From a bacterium (lineage in GTDB: Bacteria; Patescibacteriota; Minisyncoccia; Minisyncoccales; DG-74-3), in contig JAUVYE010000002.1 of NCBI GenBank assembly GCA_030603245.1, forward strand, positions 61 to 64,060: a stretch of 64,000 bases of DNA, in the 5' to 3' direction. The position numbers were made by a program, and so were the translations under genes. Below, in pieces: positions 1 to 9,966 of this stretch. How positions within the stretch are numbered: the first letter of the stretch is position 1; the number at the start of each line of letters is the position of its first letter. Below the pieces are notes generated by a model. The model did no database searches, had not been told where the DNA came from, and saw only the letters and a program-made list of their open reading frames with translations.

Positions 1-102
1 TGATAATGAATGGGCTTATGCTTGTCGCTGAGCAGAAATGGCTCAGTTTATCGGGAAAAAGTTATCATAATTATTTTACTAGATTATTATTTTAAAAAAG
101 TT

Positions 103-127
103 AAAAAGCCCATAACATGGGTTTTTT
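103..127 (+). terminator. Rho-independent terminator for the gene ending upstream of the window
   Basis: A-tract, CCCAT-AAC-ATGGG hairpin, then a T6 run, in non-coding DNA before the 160 start. Confidence 0.5.
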
Positions 128-159
128 AATTTGTCTAATTTCTGCTAAAATATATCAAT

Positions 160-783
160 ATGGCTTTATTAAGTTTTAGTGAAACTAAAAAGCTTTTTTT
201 AAAGTATAAGCTTCCTGTTTTAAGAGCTGAACTTTTTCAGTTTGAAAAAAAAGCTTTATCTTTTGCTAAAAAAATAGGGTTTCCTGTTGTTTTGAAAATT
301 TGGTCTTCTAATATTTTACACAGAACCGATATTGGAGGAGTTAGAGTTGGAATTAATAATGAAAAGGATTTTAAAAAAGCCTTTTTTGATTTGCAAAAAA
401 TTAAAAATGTTGAAGGAATAATGGTTCAAAAAATGGGATATGGAAAACAATTATTTTTAGGCATGAAAAGAGATGCTCAATTTGGGCCAGTTATTGCTTT
501 TGGTTTAGGAGGTATCTTTGTTGAAGTTTTGAAAGATGTTTCTTTTAGAATTTGTCCTATTTCTAGAATTGAGGCTCAAAAAATGATTAGAGAGATTAAA
601 GGTTTCCCGATATTAAAAGGTCAAAGAGGGCAAGACAGTATTAATATGGAAACTTTAATTGATTTAATTCTTAAAATATCCAAGCTTTCTTTAAAAGAAA
701 AACAGATTAAAGAGATCGACTTTAATCCTGCTATTGCTGACAAAAAAAGAATTCTTTTGGCAGATTTTAAAATAATTATATGA
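160..783 (+). CDS. ADP-forming acetate--CoA ligase, ATP-grasp (beta-like) subunit
   Basis: 207 aa. PVVLKIWSSNILHRTDIGGVRVGI is typical of the ATP-grasp_5 domain. Stop overlaps the next start (ATGA). Confidence 0.75.
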   Translation: MALLSFSETKKLFLKYKLPVLRAELFQFEKKALSFAKKIGFPVVLKIWSSNILHRTDIGGVRVGINNEKDFKKAFFDLQKIKNVEGIMVQKMGYGKQLFLGMKRDAQFGPVIAFGLGGIFVEVLKDVSFRICPISRIEAQKMIREIKGFPILKGQRGQDSINMETLIDLILKISKLSLKEKQIKEIDFNPAIADKKRILLADFKIII

Positions 784-2126
784 ATCTAGATAGAATTTTT
801 AATCCTCAATCCATTGCCATTATTGGAGCTTCATCTGAGAAAAAATCAGTTGGTTGGGGGTTGATGAAAAATGTTCTTGAGGGAAAAAGCAAAAGAAAGA
901 TTTTTGCTATTAATCCTTATCGCAAGAAAGTTCTTGGAATCAAGTGCTTACCTTCTGTTTTATCTATTAAGGGACCTGTTGATTTAGCTGTTGTTGCTGT
1001 TCCAGTCAGGGTTGTTCAGGGAGTAATTAAAGAATGTTGCAAAAAGAAGGTGGGTGGCATTATTGTAATTTCAGCTGGCTTTGCAGAAGTGGGGGAGAGT
1101 GGTAAGACCTTACAGGAAAAAATTGTTGATATAACAAAAAAAGCTAAAATTCCTTTGGTGGGTCCAAATTGTTTGGGTATTATTAGGCCTTTAAAAGAAT
1201 TAAATGCTTCTTTTGCTCCGCTAACTCCTCAAGCAGGGGGTGTAGCTTTTATCTCTCAGTCAGGAGCTCTTATTGATTCTGTTATAGATAAAGCAGCTCA
1301 TGAAAATTATGGATTTTCTTCTCTTGTTTCCTATGGGAATGAGGCTGATGTTGATATTTGTGATTTTCTTTTATGGTTTAAAAAGGATAAAGAAACCAAG
1401 GTTATAGCTATTTATCTTGAGGGATTAGAAGATGGCAGAAGGTTTATGAAAGTAGCCAAAGAAGTTTCAGAGGAAAAACCTATTGTTATTATTAAGGCTG
1501 GTAAAACAGAAGAAGGGAAAAAAGCTGTTAGTACTCATACAGCTTCTTTGGCTGGTAGTCATAAAATTTATTCTGCTGCTTTTGCTCAATCAGGCGTTAT
1601 TGAAGTTGATACAATAGAAGACCTTTTGAGCGTTGCTAAAGTTTTGTCTGAAAACAAGAAGTGCAAGAATGGAGTTGGCATTATTACTAATGGAGGGGGG
1701 GCAGGAGTTTTAATGACAGATTATTGTGCAGAATTAGGAATTAATATTCCAAAATTAGATAAAAAAACAATTGCCAAATTACAGAGCTTAAGCTCTAAGC
1801 ATTCTGTTATTAATAGAAAGAACCCCTTAGATTTATTGGGTGATGCTCAGCCTTGTAGATATGAATTAGCACTTGAAGCACTGTTGGGCCAAAAAGACAT
1901 TTATTCTATTATTGTAATTCAAACACTTCAGATTATGACTGAGGTTGAGAAAAATGCTAAAATTATTATTGAGAAAAGTAAAAAATACAAAAATAAGCCA
2001 ATTTTGACTGCTTTTTTGGGCGGAACTTTAAGTCAGAAAGGCATTGAGTTATTAGAGAAAAATCATATTTCTAATTTTTCTGAATTAAAAAGAGCTTCAG
2101 TTGCTCTAAAATCTTTAATTAAATGA
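780..2126 (+). CDS. ADP-forming acetyl-CoA synthetase alpha-like subunit (CoA-binding plus CoA-ligase domains)
   Basis: 448 aa. PQSIAIIGAS, GPNCLGI and SQSGAL motifs match the succinyl-CoA-synthetase-like fold. Translationally coupled to the ATP-grasp gene. Confidence 0.8.
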   Translation: MNLDRIFNPQSIAIIGASSEKKSVGWGLMKNVLEGKSKRKIFAINPYRKKVLGIKCLPSVLSIKGPVDLAVVAVPVRVVQGVIKECCKKKVGGIIVISAGFAEVGESGKTLQEKIVDITKKAKIPLVGPNCLGIIRPLKELNASFAPLTPQAGGVAFISQSGALIDSVIDKAAHENYGFSSLVSYGNEADVDICDFLLWFKKDKETKVIAIYLEGLEDGRRFMKVAKEVSEEKPIVIIKAGKTEEGKKAVSTHTASLAGSHKIYSAAFAQSGVIEVDTIEDLLSVAKVLSENKKCKNGVGIITNGGGAGVLMTDYCAELGINIPKLDKKTIAKLQSLSSKHSVINRKNPLDLLGDAQPCRYELALEALLGQKDIYSIIVIQTLQIMTEVEKNAKIIIEKSKKYKNKPILTAFLGGTLSQKGIELLEKNHISNFSELKRASVALKSLIK

Positions 2127-4507
2127 CAAAAAAACAAAAGTTTCAAAAATATATTTTATGGTTTAAACAAGTCTCTTCAAAAGATGTTAATTTGGTCGGA
2201 GGTAAAAATGCTTCTTTAGGAGAAATGTTTTCTCGATTAACTAAAAAGGGCATTAATATACCAGATGGTTTTGCTTTAACAGCTGAAGCTTATTGGTATT
2301 ATTTAAAAGCCAATGGAATCGATAAAAAGCTAAAAGAGATTTTTAAAAAATTCAATCCTGAAGACATTAAAAGTTTAGAAGAAACAGGAAGAAAGGCTCG
2401 TCAGTTAATTCTTAACGGAGAAATTCCTTGTGATTTGGAAAAACAAGTTTTAATAAATTATAGAAAATTATCAAAAAAATATGGCGATAAAAACATAAGT
2501 ATAGCAGCCAGATCATCAGCAACAGCAGAAGATTTGCCAAGCGCCAGTTTTGCAGGGCAGCACGAAACCTTTTTAAATGTTAGAGGAGAAAAACAACTTT
2601 TACAGGCCGTTAAAAAATGCATGGCTTCTTTGTTTACTAATAGGGTTATAGCTTATCGAGAAGAAAAAGGATTTTCTCATTTAAAAATTGCGCTTTCAGT
2701 CGGCATTCAGAAAATGGTAAGATCAGACCTGGCTTGTTCTGGAATCATCTTTACTTTAGACACAGAGACTGGGTTTCAGGATGTGGTTTTGATTAATTCT
2801 ACCTGGGGGATAGGGGAAATGATTGTTAAGGGCAAAATTACTCCTGACCAATTTTATGTTTTTAAACCAACTCTTAAAAAGGGTTTTAATTCAATTATTG
2901 TTAAAAATTTAGGACGAAAAAACAGAAAATATGTTTACTCTAAAAAAGGAGGATTAAAAGAAACAAATGTTTCTGTTCAAAAACAATTAAAATTTAGTTT
3001 AACAGATAAAGAGATTATAAAGCTTGCTGAATGGTCCTGTCTTATTGAAGAACATTACAAAAGGCCTCAAGATATTGAATGGGCAAAAGACGGAAAAACA
3101 GGAGAATTATTTATTGTTCAGTCCAGACCAGAAACAGTTCATGCTCCGAAAACAGGCAATTTTTATGAAGAATATAAGGTAGAAAGCAAGAAGAAGCCAA
3201 TTTTAACTGGCATTGCTGTTGGTTCTAAGATTGGAATAGGAAAAGTAAGAAAGATTGCTGATGTTTCCAAGATTTCTCAATTTCAAAAAGGAGAAGTTTT
3301 GGTTACTAAAATGACAGATCCTGATTGGGTGCCAATAATGAGATTAGCTTCAGCTATTGTGACTGATGAGGGTGGGAAAACAGCTCACGCAGCAATAGTA
3401 AGTCGGGAGTTGGGAGTTCCTTGTATTGTTGGTTCTGGTAATGCAACTAAAGTTTTAAAAACTGGCAAAATAGTTACTGTTGATTGTACTCAAGGTTTAA
3501 ATGGCAGGGTTTTTGCAGGAAAGATTCCTTTTAAAGTTAAAAGATACAATCTTAAAAAGATACCCAAATTAAAGACAAAGATAATGATTAATATTGGAGC
3601 CCCTGATATTGCTTTTAGAACTTCATTTTTACCTAATGATGGGGTTGGTTTAGCTCGTCTTGAATTTATTTTGGCTGAAAAAATTAGAATTCATCCTTTA
3701 GCTTTATATCATTACAATAAGCTTAAATCACAAAGTTTAAAGCGCAAGATTGATAAAATTACTGTTGAACATAAAGATAAAAAAGAGCACTTTGTTAAGG
3801 AAATGGCTGAGGGTATCGCTCAAATAGCAGCTGCTTTTTATCCTAAGCCAGTGATTGTTAGATTGTCTGATTTGAAAACTAATGAGTATGAAACCTTAAT
3901 TGGGGGAGAGTTGTTTGAACCCAAAGAGGAAAATCCAATGTTAGGATGGAGAGGAGCGTCAAGATATTGTGATAAAGATTTTCAACCTGCTTTTGAAATG
4001 GAGTGTAAAGCACTTAAAAGAGCTAGACAGGTTTTTGGTTTAAAAAATATCTGGATAATGGTTCCTTTCTGTAGAACAGTTAAGGAGGGCAAAAAGGTTT
4101 TAGATTTAATGGCTAAATATGGACTTAAAAAAGGGAAAGATGGTCTAAAAGTAATTGTCATGTGTGAAATTCCTTCCAATGTGGTTTTGGTTGATGAGTT
4201 TTTAGAAATTTTTGACGGGATGTCAATTGGTTCCAACGATCTAACCCAATTGGCTTTAGGAATGGACAGGGACAATTCTCAAATAGCCTATATTTCAGAT
4301 GAAAGAGATAAGACGGTTAAAAAAATGATAAGCAAGGTAATCAGGGCTTGTAATGCCAAAAACAAGTATTGTGGAATTTGCGGAGAAGCTGCTTCTACAT
4401 TTACTGATTTTGCTGAATTTCTTGTTAAGAATAACATACATTCAATCTCTCTTTCTCCAGACGCAGTTATTAAGACGATAAAAATAATATCAAAAATCAA
4501 AAAGTGA
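2123..4507 (+). CDS. ppsA: Phosphoenolpyruvate synthase
   Basis: 794 aa. Phosphohistidine motif GGKTAHAAIVSRELGVPCIVG and C-terminal PEP-utilizer motif GSNDLTQ. Confidence 0.9.
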   Translation: MTKKQKFQKYILWFKQVSSKDVNLVGGKNASLGEMFSRLTKKGINIPDGFALTAEAYWYYLKANGIDKKLKEIFKKFNPEDIKSLEETGRKARQLILNGEIPCDLEKQVLINYRKLSKKYGDKNISIAARSSATAEDLPSASFAGQHETFLNVRGEKQLLQAVKKCMASLFTNRVIAYREEKGFSHLKIALSVGIQKMVRSDLACSGIIFTLDTETGFQDVVLINSTWGIGEMIVKGKITPDQFYVFKPTLKKGFNSIIVKNLGRKNRKYVYSKKGGLKETNVSVQKQLKFSLTDKEIIKLAEWSCLIEEHYKRPQDIEWAKDGKTGELFIVQSRPETVHAPKTGNFYEEYKVESKKKPILTGIAVGSKIGIGKVRKIADVSKISQFQKGEVLVTKMTDPDWVPIMRLASAIVTDEGGKTAHAAIVSRELGVPCIVGSGNATKVLKTGKIVTVDCTQGLNGRVFAGKIPFKVKRYNLKKIPKLKTKIMINIGAPDIAFRTSFLPNDGVGLARLEFILAEKIRIHPLALYHYNKLKSQSLKRKIDKITVEHKDKKEHFVKEMAEGIAQIAAAFYPKPVIVRLSDLKTNEYETLIGGELFEPKEENPMLGWRGASRYCDKDFQPAFEMECKALKRARQVFGLKNIWIMVPFCRTVKEGKKVLDLMAKYGLKKGKDGLKVIVMCEIPSNVVLVDEFLEIFDGMSIGSNDLTQLALGMDRDNSQIAYISDERDKTVKKMISKVIRACNAKNKYCGICGEAASTFTDFAEFLVKNNIHSISLSPDAVIKTIKIISKIKK

Positions 4508-4861
4508 AGATAACAACACAACAATTTTTATTCAGCAATCCTTTGATGTATATAGATATTCGAGAGTCATTTTTGAATAAAATTAAATTCTTGATACTGA
4601 GAAATTATGGAAGTCTAAAGAAGTTTAATAGAGATGAAAAACGAGAAAGAGATCAAATATCTTTTTAAACTTTTTAAATTATTGGGATATAAATGTAGGA
4701 TTTTTTTAAGAAGCAATAGAGAAAATATGTGGAGTATTTATATTGGAGCCAAGGAATTAAAAAGATTTTATGAGGAGATTGGTTTTGGGGCTCAAAAAGA
4801 AAGACAGGAAATTTTAAAAAAAGCAGCAAATAAGAAATTAAGAATAAATCAATATGTTTGA
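4505..4861 (+). pseudogene. Possible frameshifted remnant of a free-standing HTH / LAGLIDADG-like homing endonuclease gene
   Basis: A 54-codon frame from 4505 (..LILRNYGSLKKFNRDEKREKDQISF*) and the 75-aa ORF 4634..4861 (..IYIGAKELKRFYEEIGFGAQKERQEIL) overlap at an A-rich tract in different frames. The IGF-x4-K tail resembles LAGLIDADG C-termini. Confidence 0.3.
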
Positions 4862-5840
4862 TATAATTACTTTTGGTTCAGCAACCAGAGACACCTTTTT
4901 AAAACTAAAACAAGGCAATTATGGAGTTGTGGAGGACAATAAGTTTTTAACTGGTAAGGGTTTTTGCTTTTCTTCTGGGTCAAAGATTGAGATAGAAGAA
5001 ATGGTTGTTTCTACTGGAGGAGGTGGTACAAATACAGCTGCCACTTTTGCCAAGCAAGGTTTTAAGGTGACTTATGTGGGCAAGATTGGAAAAGATAAAA
5101 GAGGAGAAGCTCTGATTGAAGAATTAAAAAAGCTTGGGATTGACACTCGTTTTATTAAGAAAGATAAAGACAGAGCTACTGCTTACTCGGTTGTTTTTGC
5201 TTCCTCTGGTAGAGGAACAATTTTGGTTTATAGGGGAGCTTGTCACTTTTTAACTCAAAAAGAGATTCCTTTTAAAAAATTAAAAGCCAAATGGTTTTAT
5301 CTAGCCCCTCTAAAAGAAAGATTAATTAAATCTTTTGGTCCCTTGGTTGAGTTTGCTAAGAAAAATAATATTAAAGTAATGGCTAATCTTGGCAATTCAC
5401 AAATTAATTTAAAAAAAAGAGAGTTAAAACCAATCTTAGCCAAGATTGATATTTTGAATTTAAACCAAGAAGAATCTTCTTTACTCACTGGAGTTCCATT
5501 TCATAAGGAAAAGAAATTGTTTAAAAAATTAGATGATATGATAAAAGGAATTGCTATTATGACTAAGGCGGAAAAGGGAGTAATAGTTTCTGACGGGAAA
5601 TATCTCTGGTCTGCTTCTTCTCCTTTTGTAAAGATAGCTGATTTTACTGGAGCAGGAGATGCTTTTGGCTCTGGTTTTTTGTCTGGGTTTATTAAAACTA
5701 ATGATATTTCTTTTGCTATTCAGTTAGGAATTACTAATTCTATTTCTTGTATCCAAAAAATAGGAGCTAAAAATGGTCTGTTAAAAGGTTCTAAAAAGAA
5801 AGAGTTATCAAAAATAAGGGTTAAAAAACGTAAATTATGA
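4854..5840 (+). CDS. PfkB-family sugar / sugar-phosphate kinase
   Basis: 328 aa. GGGGTN and the C-terminal TGAGDAFGSGFLSG ribokinase-family signature. Lies next to the aldolase gene. Confidence 0.8.
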   Translation: MFDIITFGSATRDTFLKLKQGNYGVVEDNKFLTGKGFCFSSGSKIEIEEMVVSTGGGGTNTAATFAKQGFKVTYVGKIGKDKRGEALIEELKKLGIDTRFIKKDKDRATAYSVVFASSGRGTILVYRGACHFLTQKEIPFKKLKAKWFYLAPLKERLIKSFGPLVEFAKKNNIKVMANLGNSQINLKKRELKPILAKIDILNLNQEESSLLTGVPFHKEKKLFKKLDDMIKGIAIMTKAEKGVIVSDGKYLWSASSPFVKIADFTGAGDAFGSGFLSGFIKTNDISFAIQLGITNSISCIQKIGAKNGLLKGSKKKELSKIRVKKRKL

Positions 5841-6670
5841 CTGTTTTAGAGTATTTTGAAAAAGCCCAAAAAGAAAAATGGGCCATAGGGCAATTCAATT
5901 TTTCTACTGATGAACAATTAAAAGGAATAATGATTGCCGCTCAGAATCTTAAATCTCCCATAATTATTGGAACTTCAGAAGGGGAGAGCAAATTCTTGGG
6001 TTTAAAACAAGCAGTAGCTTTGATAAAATCTTTTAAAGATGAAACAGGTTTTCCTGTTTTTTTAAATCTTGACCACGGAAAGAATTTAGATTACATTAAA
6101 GAGGCAATTAATTTTGGTTATGACTGTGTTCATTTTGACGGCTCAGAACTTTCTTTGCCTGATAATATTAAATTAACTAAGGAAATAGTAAAAGCAGGTT
6201 CAAAAAAAGATGTTTTAATTGAGGGAGAGATCGGTATTATTGGAAAAAGTACTGAGGTTAAAGAAGAAAATTTGACTCGTTTAGAAGATGTAAAATATTT
6301 TGTTCAGGAAACGGGAGTAAATAGTTTAGCTATATCTATAGGGAATGTACATGGGGTTTATCAAAAAATGCCCAAGATTGATTTTGAAAGATTAAAGAAA
6401 ATTAGAGCAAGAATAGAAACTCCACTGGTTTTACATGGTGGCTCAGGTGTTAGTGAAAAAGATATCAAAAAACTGATTAAAGAGGGGATTGTTAAAATAA
6501 ATATTAATACTGAATTAAGAGTGGCTTGGAAAAAGGCGCTAAAAGCAACCATTAAGCAGAGCGGGAGAGAAGAAATTAAGCCATACAAGATTCTTTTACC
6601 AGCAAGTAGGGCAATACAAAAAGTCGTTGAGGAAAAAATTAAATTATTTGGAAGTCAAAACAAAGCTTAA
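5837..6670 (+). CDS. fba: Class II fructose-bisphosphate aldolase
   Basis: 277 aa. NLDHG, HFDGS and LVLHGGSG metal and phosphate-binding motifs. Confidence 0.85.
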   Translation: MTVLEYFEKAQKEKWAIGQFNFSTDEQLKGIMIAAQNLKSPIIIGTSEGESKFLGLKQAVALIKSFKDETGFPVFLNLDHGKNLDYIKEAINFGYDCVHFDGSELSLPDNIKLTKEIVKAGSKKDVLIEGEIGIIGKSTEVKEENLTRLEDVKYFVQETGVNSLAISIGNVHGVYQKMPKIDFERLKKIRARIETPLVLHGGSGVSEKDIKKLIKEGIVKININTELRVAWKKALKATIKQSGREEIKPYKILLPASRAIQKVVEEKIKLFGSQNKA

Positions 6671-6892
6671 ATGAAAATTATTCATCAGATTGAAAAATGT
6701 ATTGGCTGTGGTTCTTGTGTGGCTATTTGTTCAGAAAACTGGGAAATGAGAGATGATGGAAAAGCCCATCTTATAAATTCAAAAATAAATAAAAAAACCA
6801 ATAGTCAAGAATTAGAGGTTAAAGAAGTTGGTTGTAATCAAGAAGCAGTTGAAATCTGTCCAGTTGAATGCATTAAAATTAAAAATAATTAA
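6671..6892 (+). CDS. Small 4Fe-4S ferredoxin
   Basis: 73 aa. CIGCGSCVAIC plus distal CPVEC cluster ligands. Confidence 0.7.
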   Translation: MKIIHQIEKCIGCGSCVAICSENWEMRDDGKAHLINSKINKKTNSQELEVKEVGCNQEAVEICPVECIKIKNN

Positions 6893-6893
6893 T

Positions 6894-7583
6894 ATGCTTA
6901 CATTATTAACTAAAGTTCGTCAAGCTTCAGATGTTAGAAAAGAGGGTATGATTCCAGCAGTTTTGTACGGGTCACAAATAGAATCTCTTTCTCTAAAGCT
7001 TGACTTAAAAGAATTTGAGAAGGTTTATAAAGAGGCCGGAAAAAATACTTTGGTTGAGTTGAAGATTGAAGGGGGGAATAAAGAATTTTTGGTTCTAATT
7101 CATCAAGTTCAGTTTGATGTTATCAGTGGACAACCTATTCATATTGATTTTTTCCAACCTTCTTTGAAAGAAAAAACTGAAGCAAAAGTGCCTTTGGTTT
7201 TTGAGGGTGAGAGTTTAGCAGTTAGCGATTTAGATGGAACTCTAGTGAAAAATATTTTTGAATTAGAGATTAAAGCTTTACCACAGGATTTTCCAAAAGA
7301 GATTAAGGTTAATATAGATAGATTAAAGACTTTTGATGATGAAGTTTTGGTCAAAGATTTAGAAATACCAGAAAATGTTGAAGTTTTGAGAAAGCCAGAT
7401 GAAGTTGTCGCTACGGTTTCTCGTCCTGAGAAAGTAGAAGAGGAATTGGAGAAACCAATTGAGGAAAAAGTAGAAGAAGTAGAGAAAGTGGGAGAGGAGG
7501 AAGAAATAAAGGAAAAAGAAGAAAAGAAAGAAGATAAGAAAGAAGATAAGAAGGAAAAGGAAAGTACAGAGAAATCCAAATGA
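6894..7583 (+). CDS. rplY: 50S ribosomal protein L25 / Ctc with a long acidic-lysine C-terminal tail
   Basis: MLTLLTKVRQ..GMIPAVLYG.. is an L25/Ctc N-terminus. I chose the in-frame ATG at 6894, because the track start at 6828 would overlap the ferredoxin gene. Confidence 0.85.
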   Translation: MLTLLTKVRQASDVRKEGMIPAVLYGSQIESLSLKLDLKEFEKVYKEAGKNTLVELKIEGGNKEFLVLIHQVQFDVISGQPIHIDFFQPSLKEKTEAKVPLVFEGESLAVSDLDGTLVKNIFELEIKALPQDFPKEIKVNIDRLKTFDDEVLVKDLEIPENVEVLRKPDEVVATVSRPEKVEEELEKPIEEKVEEVEKVGEEEEIKEKEEKKEDKKEDKKEKESTEKSK

Positions 7584-8929
7584 CAAAATCTAAATGTCAA
7601 AAAATAATATTGCTTATTTTAATCCTGGTTTTAGTTTTGCCTAATTTCCAGGCTTTCGCTGAAACTCCAACCCAAGAAAGGGAAGAGCTTGAGAGAGAAT
7701 TAGAAGAATTGGAAAAACAAATTGCTGAGATAGACAAAGATGTCAAAAGAACAGAACAAGAAAAGAAAACCCTTGAGAATCAAATATATATTTTAAGAAG
7801 CAGAATTAATAAATTAGACCTTCAAATCTATCAAGGCAATATAATGATAAAAGATTTGGGTGTCCAAATAATAGACACTGAGGGCTCTATTGAAGAGACC
7901 TCTTTTAAAATTAAAGACTCAAGAAAACATTTGGCTAGGATTCTGCAACTTATTTATGAATCAGACCAGAAATCTTTGATTGAAATCCTGCTTTCTGAAG
8001 AAGAACTTTCTGATTTTTTTAATGATTTAGTCGCTTTAGAATCTTTGAGCATTGAAAGTGGAGATCTCTTAGAAAATATTGAAAACTTAAAGGTTAGGTT
8101 AGAAGAGCAAAAAGATTCTTTGGACAATGAAAAACAGGATTTAGAAAATTTAGTAGTTTTACAAACCGTTCAAAGAAGAGAATCTTCCGTGATTAAAAAA
8201 GATAAAGACTGGCTTTTGCACTTAACAGAAACAGAATATCAAAAATACCTTAGCGAAAAACAGGAAACAGAACAAAAAGCAGCTCAAATTAGAGCTAGAA
8301 TTTTCGAATTAATTGGTATTCCTGAAGCTCCAACCTTTGGAGAAGCTTATGAGATTGCTAAATATGTTTCTGGAATTACTGGTGTGAGGCCAGCCCTTTT
8401 ATTGGCTGTATTAACCCAAGAATCAAACATTGGAAAAAATGTTGGTCAATGTTATTTAAAAAACCCATCAACTGGGTCTGGAGTAGTTGTTTATAGTGGT
8501 AAGACTGTTGCTAGGGTAATGAAGCCCTCTAGAGATGTTTCTCCATTCTTGGACATTACTCAGGCTTTGGGGAGAGATCCATATAATACTCCTGTTTCCT
8601 GTCCAATGATTTCTGGATGGGGAGGAGCTATGGGGCCAGCTCAATTTATTCCTTCAACCTGGAAGATATATAAAGATAGGCTTTCTGACATAACAGGAAA
8701 ACCAGGTGATCCCTGGAATATTAAAGATGCTTTTTTAGCTGCTGGCTTATATTTATCAGACTATGGAGCAGTGCAGCAAACATATAATGGTGAATGGAGA
8801 GCAGCTATGATTTATTTCTCAGGCACAAGTCTAAGAACTAAATATAATGGTTGGGGTTTTTATGGAGATTCAGTAATGAAAATTGTTGAGGGGTATGAAG
8901 ATGATATTGCTGCGCTTGAGAAGAATTAG
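7580..8929 (+). CDS. Secreted coiled-coil protein with a C-terminal lytic-transglycosylase-like domain
   Basis: 449 aa. Signal/TM segment, E/K/L-rich coiled coil, then LTQESNIG..GAMGPAQFIPSTW (catalytic Glu plus the QF-P-TW motif of SLT/MltB-type domains). Confidence 0.65.
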   Translation: MTKSKCQKIILLILILVLVLPNFQAFAETPTQEREELERELEELEKQIAEIDKDVKRTEQEKKTLENQIYILRSRINKLDLQIYQGNIMIKDLGVQIIDTEGSIEETSFKIKDSRKHLARILQLIYESDQKSLIEILLSEEELSDFFNDLVALESLSIESGDLLENIENLKVRLEEQKDSLDNEKQDLENLVVLQTVQRRESSVIKKDKDWLLHLTETEYQKYLSEKQETEQKAAQIRARIFELIGIPEAPTFGEAYEIAKYVSGITGVRPALLLAVLTQESNIGKNVGQCYLKNPSTGSGVVVYSGKTVARVMKPSRDVSPFLDITQALGRDPYNTPVSCPMISGWGGAMGPAQFIPSTWKIYKDRLSDITGKPGDPWNIKDAFLAAGLYLSDYGAVQQTYNGEWRAAMIYFSGTSLRTKYNGWGFYGDSVMKIVEGYEDDIAALEKN

Positions 8930-9669
8930 TTTTCTAATTTTCTAAAGGCCTTAATAATACATTTTAGATCTCCATCCATAATTTCTTCTAAATTGTGCCA
9001 GCTTTTTTTAATTCTGTGGTCAGTAATTCTGTTTTGTGGAAAATTATATGTTCTGATTTTTTCAGACCTTTTAGCCCATTTAATTTGGGCTTTTCTTGTT
9101 TTTCCCAGACTTTCTAAGTCTTTTCTTTCTTTTTCTTCAGAGATTTTAGCTTCCAGGACAGCTAAAGCGTTTTCTTTGTTTTGAGCCTGACTTCTTTGAG
9201 TTTGAGAACTGGCCATTAAACCAGTTGGTAGATGAATGATTCTAACAGCTGTTTCTCGTTTGTTTACGTATTGGCCTCCAGGACCTGATGCTCGATAAAA
9301 GTCAATTCTTAAATCTTCAGGTCTTATTTGAATTGTTGCTTTTTTTGGTTTAGCTAAAATAGCTACTGTTGTTGTTGAAGTATGGACTCTTCCTTTTTTT
9401 TCTGTTTTAGGAATTCTTTGAACCCGATGAACGCCTCCCTCATTTTTTATTTCTGAAAAAACATTGGGACCAGAAAGTTCAAAAATAATCTCTTTAAACC
9501 CACCTATTTCGGTGGGTTTAGACTCAAGAATTTTTTGTTTCCAACCTTTTGAGGCAGCATATTTTGAATACATTCTAAATAGATTACTAGCAAACAATGC
9601 TGATTCTGCCCCTCCTGTTCCGGCCCGAATTTCAACAATAACTCCTTCTTGGTTGTTTCGACTGCTCAT
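8926..9669 (-). CDS. prfA: Peptide chain release factor 1-type protein lacking the N-terminal domain 1
   Basis: 247 aa. GGQ motif (SGPGGQYVNKRETAVRIIHLPTG) and an RF1-type PxT tripeptide (RIPKTEKKGRVHTS). Begins at ..VEIRAGTGGAES, which is about residue 105 of E. coli RF1. Confidence 0.8.
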   Translation of the reverse strand: MSSRNNQEGVIVEIRAGTGGAESALFASNLFRMYSKYAASKGWKQKILESKPTEIGGFKEIIFELSGPNVFSEIKNEGGVHRVQRIPKTEKKGRVHTSTTTVAILAKPKKATIQIRPEDLRIDFYRASGPGGQYVNKRETAVRIIHLPTGLMASSQTQRSQAQNKENALAVLEAKISEEKERKDLESLGKTRKAQIKWAKRSEKIRTYNFPQNRITDHRIKKSWHNLEEIMDGDLKCIIKAFRKLEN

Positions 9670-9670
9670 A

Positions 9671-9886
9671 TTACTTCTTTTTTTTGCTCTTAGTCAGTCT
9701 TTCTCTGAATTTTTGAACTCGTCCCAAAGTATCTACTATTTTTTCTTTGCCAGTATAAAAAGGATGGCATTGAGAGCAAATCTCAACCTCAAGAAACTCT
9801 TTAGTAGAGCCAATAGTAAAGGTACTGCCGCATGCGCATTTAATCCGAGCTTTTGGATAATATTTTGGATGGATATCTTTTTTCAC
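9671..9886 (-). CDS. rpmE: 50S ribosomal protein L31
   Basis: 71 aa. [10 protein letters not shown]..Cx[11 protein letters not shown]. Its stop lies 1 nt before the prfA start. Confidence 0.9.
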   Translation of the reverse strand: MKKDIHPKYYPKARIKCACGSTFTIGSTKEFLEVEICSQCHPFYTGKEKIVDTLGRVQKFRERLTKSKKKK

Positions 9887-9966
9887 AGAGTTTTACATTT
9901 ATTATTTTGTTTATAGAAACTTTGCGGATGACCCAATATTAGCAGATTTTAGGTAGAAATCAAGAG

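Noticed and set aside
6828-6893. Upstream extension of the L25 ORF (track start at 6828)
   Set aside because: It would overlap the ferredoxin gene by 65 nt and adds non-homologous residues. The ATG at 6894 gives the canonical L25 N-terminus.
7139-7600. Two antisense ORFs (153 aa and 75 aa) rich in S/F/L
   Set aside because: They are mirror images of the low-complexity GAA/AAG-rich tail of the L25 gene and have no independent support.
9464-9916. 150-aa plus-strand ORF
   Set aside because: It is antisense to the well-supported prfA and rpmE genes.
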